From positions 1,632,001 through 1,696,000 of the forward strand of contig OY776562.1 of the NCBI GenBank assembly GCA_963675785.1: a stretch of DNA of 64,000 nt, written 5' to 3'. The stretch is from Anaerolineae bacterium. Lineage in GTDB: Bacteria > Chloroflexota > Anaerolineae > UBA1429. A program made the position numbers and the translations under genes. The notes beneath the pieces are model-generated. The model was not told the origin of the DNA. It ran no database searches and worked only from the letters and a program-made list of their open reading frames with translations. Every line of letters starts with the position of its first letter. Within the stretch, counting starts at the first letter, position 1. Positions 58,619-64,000 of the stretch are shown one piece after another.

Positions 58619-59602
58619 CTATTCCAGCAAGAATGCTTCCAACTGCCGCACTCCCCGCCTCTCTAATTCGCCGGCGCGACGCAGTCGTCCAGCCAGCGCA
58701 ATGCGCACCTCTTCTGGAGGGCACTTTTCTGTCGAAAACGCCTGCCAGATCGGCAGCAGCTCTTTTGCCAGGTGGGCATAGGTTTCGGCAGCATCGGCCA
58801 GTGCGGGGTATTCTCCAATCAAAAGGCGCAGATAGTCGCGAGCATAGCAGCGCGCCCCTACCCACTGGGCCGCATAATAGGCAGACCAATCCCAATTGAC
58901 CGAGCCCTCATAGTCTGGCTCGATGGTATTGGCCCACTGAGTATAAGCGGGCAGTCCGTTCACGTAATCCGGCAGTTCCATCCGCTCACGCTCAGAAGCA
59001 TGGTCAACAGCAATTTGCAGCGAGCGGCGTACAACCTCCTTTCGGGAGCGTCCATTGGGCTCGCCAACAACGGTGACCGATAGAAGAGAAGGATCGGTTC
59101 CGCGATTGCCCAGTTTTTCACAGGGCAGGGTGCCCAGTTCACCAGTGCAAGAGATGAACTCGTAGACACGAGCGACGGCATCATAGCCGACAATTAACTC
59201 CCATTCGGGGATGGACATATCCCAGGAAATGGCGGGGATACCCCGCTCCAAACCTTCAAGAATGGCAACATGAGCCCGTTGCTGGCGTTCGGATTGCAAT
59301 TCATCTTCCCACCACATGCGACTCACATACGTACAGCCATGGCCCAGTTGGGCGACAGACTCTGTGAGCTGATCTGCCCAATCGAACACAGAGATGGCAC
59401 TCGGGCACAAGTCCTTGTGGACATTGATGCGAAAGGCCCAGCCACTTGCCCCCATGAGCCAAGCGGGGGCGTAATCCTCACCAAGGACACGCAGTACAGC
59501 GCCAAGAGATGCCATATAGGTGTTCCACAGGCCGGGCTCACCTTTTGCTACAGCCGCCGAGTCTATATACCACGCGACGTCGCCAACATGAAGGCTTTCC
59601 AT
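58619..59602 (-). CDS. Hypothetical protein (possible degenerate papain-like/BtrH-type fold)
   Basis: GASGWAFR, CPS, G.PAI.W....PEW.LIVGYD, NGL.AY..W; GGAGGG RBS. Confidence 0.65.
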   Translation of the reverse strand: MESLHVGDVAWYIDSAAVAKGEPGLWNTYMASLGAVLRVLGEDYAPAWLMGASGWAFRINVHKDLCPSAISVFDWADQLTESVAQLGHGCTYVSRMWWEDELQSERQQRAHVAILEGLERGIPAISWDMSIPEWELIVGYDAVARVYEFISCTGELGTLPCEKLGNRGTDPSLLSVTVVGEPNGRSRKEVVRRSLQIAVDHASERERMELPDYVNGLPAYTQWANTIEPDYEGSVNWDWSAYYAAQWVGARCYARDYLRLLIGEYPALADAAETYAHLAKELLPIWQAFSTEKCPPEEVRIALAGRLRRAGELERRGVRQLEAFLLE

Positions 59603-59703
59603 TCGGGCCCTCCGTTCGTTATATAACTATGTTAGCCTCTGACACAGGCGGGGTCAATAGCTCATTCGCACAAAGACGATCAGCAAGGGCAGAGTGGCTG
59701 TAG

Positions 59704-59733
59704 TTGGCAATCTACCGGCTCTTGTGGTATACT
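59704..59733 (+). promoter_or_regulatory. Putative sigma70 promoter with extended -10 for the small basic protein gene
   Basis: TTGGCA-18 bp-TATACT preceded by TG. Confidence 0.45.
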
Positions 59734-59776
59734 ATCTAACCGTAGAGGGAGTTAACCGCAGTTCAGGAGGCTATAC

Positions 59777-59869
59777 GTGGGCAGCGTTATCAAGAAGCGT
59801 CGCAAAAAGATTGCTCGGCACAAGTACCGCAAGATGCTTCGCAAGCAGCGTTTCCAGCGCCGCAAGTAG
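59777..59869 (+). CDS. AURKAIP1/COX24-domain small basic protein (ribosomal protein bS22/mS38-like); not in ORF track
   Basis: MGSVIKKRRKKIARHKYRKMLRKQRFQRRK; AGGAGG RBS, own promoter and terminator. Confidence 0.92.
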   Translation: MGSVIKKRRKKIARHKYRKMLRKQRFQRRK

Positions 59870-59903
59870 CAATAGCGTTCGAGTATATACGCCCCCAGGC
59901 GTT

Positions 59904-59934
59904 GCGGGTGCGCACAAAGCGCACCCGCCTTTTT
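59904..59934 (+). terminator. Terminator of the bS22-like gene
   Basis: GCGGGTGCGC-acaaa-GCGCACCCGCCTTTTT. Confidence 0.82.
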
Positions 59935-59981
59935 GCTAGTAGGGATGCCGCAGGCTGACAAGCTTGCGGCATTTGCTTTGG

Positions 59982-61244
59982 CTAAAGCGCACCGTATTCA
60001 CGAACGGCATCAAACAGCGCCACAAGGTTCTCTGTGGGTATGCCCGATTGGATGTTGTGCACGGCGTCAAAGATGAACCCCCCGCCGGGCGATAGAATCT
60101 CGATTTGCTGGCGTACGTGCTCGCGAATCTCCTCCGGCGTGCCAAAAGGCAACACCCACTGTGTATCGATGCCCCCGCCCCAAAACACCAGCTTGTCTCC
60201 CCAGCGCTCTTTGAGCGCCGTCGGGTCCATCCCCTCGGCAGCAATCTGCACTGGATTGACGATATCCACCCCGGCATCGATCAAGTCATCGTACAACTTG
60301 ACCATGGAGCCGCACGTGTGGAAAAAGGTCTTCCAGGTAGTGTGGGCGTGAATCCAATCGTTGATGGCCTTGTGATTAGGCTGGTACAGCTTGCGATACG
60401 CTCGCGGCGAGATGAAGGGGCCGTTCTGGGTGCCAAAATCGGTGCCGCTGACAAAGACGGCGCAAATGCGCTCGCCCACCGCCTGGTGATACATTTCTAG
60501 ATTCTTTAAGCAGATTTCGCGCTGTAAAGCATAAATCTCTTGCACGTAATCCGGATAAAGCAGCGAAGCCATGTACCAATCAGCCACCTTACGAATGCCG
60601 TGGGGTTGCTTCACATGAGGAGCCGGCACATAAGCGATATCCCCAAAAGAACCCTGGCCCCAATTACCGATGATAGCCTTGTCCGTGCCCTCATACAGAG
60701 CACGACTGCGTTCCTCCAGCAGGCGCAGTTCATCCTCAGTGTAGAGAGCATACATCTCATCCACCCAGGCCTGTGGGTCTAGCTCCTCGGGTTTGAAATC
60801 CAGTTGACGCTCAATGGAATCATGATAGTAACCATCGACGGGCATACGGGCTGAAGGCGACGCCATGCGGTCTCCTTGAGGGTATTGGTAGAGATAGCCA
60901 TCAGCCGCCGGCTCGGTGTTATAGAGGCCGGGCACCAGCACCGGGGTGCCATCAAAGAGCCGCCAGGGTTTCCAATCGGTCGCCGGAAAACCGTAAAAGG
61001 TGCCGTCGTCGCGCAAGCCCAATACATCGATGCCCAGCGCCTCGATCACATCCTCTTCAACCAAGCCCAGCATCTGGTAGGGCTCAAACACCTTGACCTG
61101 ACGTTCCTCCAGACCTAGCGCGGCCCGCAGTTTGTACAAAGACGAGGCTGTAATGCCGGTAACATTGGTGGACCCCAAGTCCAAAGGAACGCGATCCGGC
61201 TGCCGATGGTCAAGAGCAGCCATAACCCGTTCGCGAGCTCTCAT
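59982..61244 (-). CDS. Uroporphyrinogen decarboxylase / methylcobamide methyltransferase (MtaA/CmuA) family protein
   Basis: RERV..AL.H..PDRVP.D, DFGTQ..PFISP, HTCG, NPVQ, FWGGGIDTQ, VHNIQ. Confidence 0.9.
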   Translation of the reverse strand: MRARERVMAALDHRQPDRVPLDLGSTNVTGITASSLYKLRAALGLEERQVKVFEPYQMLGLVEEDVIEALGIDVLGLRDDGTFYGFPATDWKPWRLFDGTPVLVPGLYNTEPAADGYLYQYPQGDRMASPSARMPVDGYYHDSIERQLDFKPEELDPQAWVDEMYALYTEDELRLLEERSRALYEGTDKAIIGNWGQGSFGDIAYVPAPHVKQPHGIRKVADWYMASLLYPDYVQEIYALQREICLKNLEMYHQAVGERICAVFVSGTDFGTQNGPFISPRAYRKLYQPNHKAINDWIHAHTTWKTFFHTCGSMVKLYDDLIDAGVDIVNPVQIAAEGMDPTALKERWGDKLVFWGGGIDTQWVLPFGTPEEIREHVRQQIEILSPGGGFIFDAVHNIQSGIPTENLVALFDAVREYGAL

Positions 61245-61348
61245 AGCGATTCTCCTTGCAAGAAATGACCTGGCTGCATTCTAGCCACCGCCCTCATCAG
61301 CCGCAACCACAACGAGACTGTCTCATTCATCTACACCTAGCCTTGCCC

Positions 61349-61377
61349 TTGACACCCCACTCGACCGGGGGCACACT
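61349..61377 (+). promoter_or_regulatory. Putative sigma70 promoter of the uxuA-like/oxidoreductase pair
   Basis: TTGACA-17 bp-CACACT. Confidence 0.45.
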
Positions 61378-61433
61378 CTGGCCAAAGATGTATGCAGCAA
61401 AGCAGTATGTAATCCGTAGGAGGGTTGGCAGAG

Positions 61434-62438
61434 ATGAAAATTGGCGTACGCACGGATAATGGCGCCGAGGAACGCCTGGTGCTGGCCGAGCAAATCGGAG
61501 CCCACGGCGGCAGCATTTGGGCGGATAACGCCTTACCCGGCTTTTATGAGACCAATGTGGCAAACATAGACGGTATCAAGCGCATTCGCGAGCGCTTTGA
61601 AGCCCACAACTTGAACATCACAGGCATCGGCATTGGCGGACGTGCCCTCAAGAATCAACTGTTGGGCCTACCCGAGCGCGACCGCGACATCGACGCCATC
61701 TGCGAGACGGTGCGACGCATTGGCCAGGTGTATGCTGACAAGGCGCCCGCCGAAAGCCCGGTGATCATTATGGACCAGCGCATCACCTATTGGGCCAGCG
61801 AGGGTTGGAAGGGTTCAGCGCGCGTTCCCGGTCGCGGCGGGGTGCTGCTTTACGACTTTCACGCCTCACGCGATGCCGATCAAACCGACGCTCCTGCTGG
61901 TCAGGTGCCCCTGGAAGAGACCTGGGCACGCATCGATTACCTGTACGATCGTCTGGTGCCGGTCGCCGAAGAAGCGGGCATTCGCCTGGCTACCCATCCC
62001 GACGATCCGCCCTTGTACGTTTACCGCGGGGCGGCGCAGGCACTCAACAGCCTGGCGGGGTTCAAGCGCCTCTTTGATTCACATCCCAGCCCTATGAACG
62101 GCATGTTGCTCTGCCTGGGCTGTATGCAAGAGGCCAACGAGGACGTGATTGAGGTCATTCGCGATATGGGCGAGCGGAACAAGATCTTTTACGTGCATTT
62201 CCGCAATGTCCGTGGCACCGTACGCGACGAAAAGAACCCCGGCTATACCGAGGTCTTCCCCAACGAGGGGGATATGGACATGGTAGCAGCCCTCAAAACC
62301 TTCTGGCAAGTGGGCTATGATGGTGTGCTGGTTCCTGATCACCATTTTGGCTTTGAAGGCGACGACGAGTGGTCATCCATCAGCCGAGCCTGGCAAGTGG
62401 GCTATATCAGCGGCCTGATCCAAGCTACAAAATCCTGA
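61434..62438 (+). CDS. uxuA: Mannonate dehydratase (UxuA) family protein
   Basis: PVAEEAG.RLA.HPDDPP, S..NG..LC.G, VHFRNVRG, E.F..EG.MDM, PDH. Confidence 0.85.
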   Translation: MKIGVRTDNGAEERLVLAEQIGAHGGSIWADNALPGFYETNVANIDGIKRIRERFEAHNLNITGIGIGGRALKNQLLGLPERDRDIDAICETVRRIGQVYADKAPAESPVIIMDQRITYWASEGWKGSARVPGRGGVLLYDFHASRDADQTDAPAGQVPLEETWARIDYLYDRLVPVAEEAGIRLATHPDDPPLYVYRGAAQALNSLAGFKRLFDSHPSPMNGMLLCLGCMQEANEDVIEVIRDMGERNKIFYVHFRNVRGTVRDEKNPGYTEVFPNEGDMDMVAALKTFWQVGYDGVLVPDHHFGFEGDDEWSSISRAWQVGYISGLIQATKS

Positions 62439-62498
62439 TCATCATCTCGCGAAGCAAAGACACCCTTGTGAACAAGTCATCAATCGGAGGCATATCTT

Positions 62499-63659
62499 AT
62501 GATCCGTGTGGCAATTATTGGTACTGGCAACATCTCAACAGCGCACATCCGCGCCTATCTGGCATTCCCCGAACGCTGCAAGATCGTCGCCTTGGCCGAC
62601 ATCTACCCAGAAAAAGCTCAAGCTAAAGCGGAGCAGTTCGGGCTGGATGTAAAAGTGGTCGATTCGCACGAAAAGCTGCTGGGGAGATCCGATATCGACC
62701 TGGTCAGCGTATGCACGCCGCCCTACTGCCACGCCGAAATCGGTATCGATTTCTTGAATGATGGCAAGAACGTTATCATCGAAAAGCCCATGGCCGCCTC
62801 ACTAGAGGAATGCGATCGCATTCTGGAGGCCGAAAAGCAGAGCGGACGTGTCCTCGCCATCATCGCCCAAAACCGTTTTCGAGACCCCATCATGAACTTG
62901 AAGACTGTGCTGGATAGCGGCATGATCGGCCGGGTGCTCCACGCCCAAGTGGATTCCTTTTGGTGGCGCGGCCACTGCTATTACGACCTGTGGTGGCGCG
63001 GAACGTGGGAAAAAGAAGGCGGCGGTTGCACACTGAATCATGCCGTGCACCACATCGACATGCTCAGCTGGATGATGGGCTTACCCAAACAGGTGATGGC
63101 CACGCTCAGCAATGCCGCTCATGACAATGCCGAGATCGAGGATATCTCGGTGGCCGTGCTGCAGTACGATAAGGGTACCCTGGCTCAGGTTACCAGCTCG
63201 GTCATTCACCACGGCGAAGAACAGCAAGTCATCTTTCAGGGCGAAAAGGCGCGCATCTCGGCACCCTGGAAGGTCTATGCCTCGCTCTCCAAGCCCAACG
63301 GCTTTCCCGAACGCAACACGGCATTGGAAAAGGAAATACAGGCCTTCTATGATGCTCTGCCCCATCTGGAGCACATTGGCCACGAGGGCGAGATCGACAA
63401 CGTGCTCACGGCTATTGAGACGGGCAGCCGGCCACTGGTTACCGGCGAGAGCGGCCGCGACACCATCGAGCTAATCACCGCCATCTACAAAGCAGGCTTT
63501 GCTGGCAGAGTAGTCGACCTGCCGCTGACCAAGGATGATCCTTTTTATACGGTAGAGGGCATCCAAAAGAACGTGCGCCACTTTTATGAAAAGTCCGCCT
63601 CGGTGGAGAATTTTGCCGATTCCGAAATTACCGTGGGCAGCGATTACAAAAAGAGCTAA
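62499..63659 (+). CDS. Gfo/Idh/MocA family oxidoreductase
   Basis: GTGNI Rossmann motif, CTPP..H, EKPMA, WRGTW..EGGG..NHAVHHID. Confidence 0.93.
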   Translation: MIRVAIIGTGNISTAHIRAYLAFPERCKIVALADIYPEKAQAKAEQFGLDVKVVDSHEKLLGRSDIDLVSVCTPPYCHAEIGIDFLNDGKNVIIEKPMAASLEECDRILEAEKQSGRVLAIIAQNRFRDPIMNLKTVLDSGMIGRVLHAQVDSFWWRGHCYYDLWWRGTWEKEGGGCTLNHAVHHIDMLSWMMGLPKQVMATLSNAAHDNAEIEDISVAVLQYDKGTLAQVTSSVIHHGEEQQVIFQGEKARISAPWKVYASLSKPNGFPERNTALEKEIQAFYDALPHLEHIGHEGEIDNVLTAIETGSRPLVTGESGRDTIELITAIYKAGFAGRVVDLPLTKDDPFYTVEGIQKNVRHFYEKSASVENFADSEITVGSDYKKS

Positions 63660-63674
63660 TCCATACGGCTGGAA

Positions 63675-63717
63675 CTAAAAGGCGACGGATATTCTCAGGA
63701 TATCCGTCGCCTTTTAG
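63675..63717. terminator. Bidirectional terminator
   Basis: CTAAAAGGCGACGGATAT-tctcagg-ATATCCGTCGCCTTTTAG. Confidence 0.85.
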
Positions 63718-63739
63718 ATATTATGACAAGTTAATTGAT

Positions 63740-64000
63740 CTAGAAATACTCGGTCATCAATCGTCCCACCCATTCGGGCACCGTCGCTTCTGGTCTGCAA
63801 TCATACACAGGGAAATAGGGCTTGATATCGATAAGCGGCGTGCCATTGATGGCATCCAACCCTTTGACGGTGACCACATTGCCAGAGACATTCAACAGCT
63901 CGACCGCGGTAACGCCCACGGGATTCGGGCGATCCTTGGCCCGCTGAGCCAGAATGCCGACAAAGGGCATATCCTCTCGCCCCTGCGGCCTGCGCACCAT
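63740..64000 (-). CDS. tsaA: TsaA/TrmO family tRNA methyltransferase (5'-partial)
   Basis: G..A.R...RPNP.G, V.GLDA..GTP.IDIKPY. Confidence 0.88.
   Translation of the reverse strand: MVRRPQGREDMPFVGILAQRAKDRPNPVGVTAVELLNVSGNVVTVKGLDAINGTPLIDIKPYFPVYDCRPEATVPEWVGRLMTEYF

Noticed and set aside
1-64000. CRISPR arrays, tRNA/rRNA genes, transposases, integrases, phage genes
   Set aside because: No regularly spaced repeats with unique spacers, no RNA-gene signatures and no matching protein motifs were seen by eye.

Overview
A gene-dense, GC-rich bacterial chromosomal segment. The gene content and a C-terminal F-V-P-L-I-x-R motif suggest an anaerobic Chloroflexota (Anaerolineae-like) organism; this is inference. 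I saw no rRNA, tRNA, CRISPR array, transposase or integrase. Main contents: three tandem paralog arrays (2 beta-helix proteins, 3 membrane GAF-PAS hybrid histidine kinases, 3 MefA-like MFS pumps), two ABC exporters, a cytoplasmic DmsAB-like molybdoenzyme, a PHP-MFS-sulfatase operon and an AT-rich nuclease-STAND ATPase gene (candidate Avs-like anti-phage protein) bracketed by two related hairpins. The most striking feature is a 12-gene operon (54420->45745) with homologs of all 11 core complex I subunits in permuted order (J,J',K,L,M,N,A,B,C,D,H,I). Its NuoD-like subunit keeps all four [NiFe] cysteine ligands, while its membrane subunits appear to have lost many canonical proton-pathway charged residues. 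Upstream lie a Tat-exported Cys-repeat protein with a NapH-like membrane Fe-S partner and an ECF sigma/anti-sigma pair. A WD40 gene (left edge) and a 30-aa bS22/AURKAIP1-type gene are missing from the ORF track. All motif comparisons were made by eye; no searches were run.
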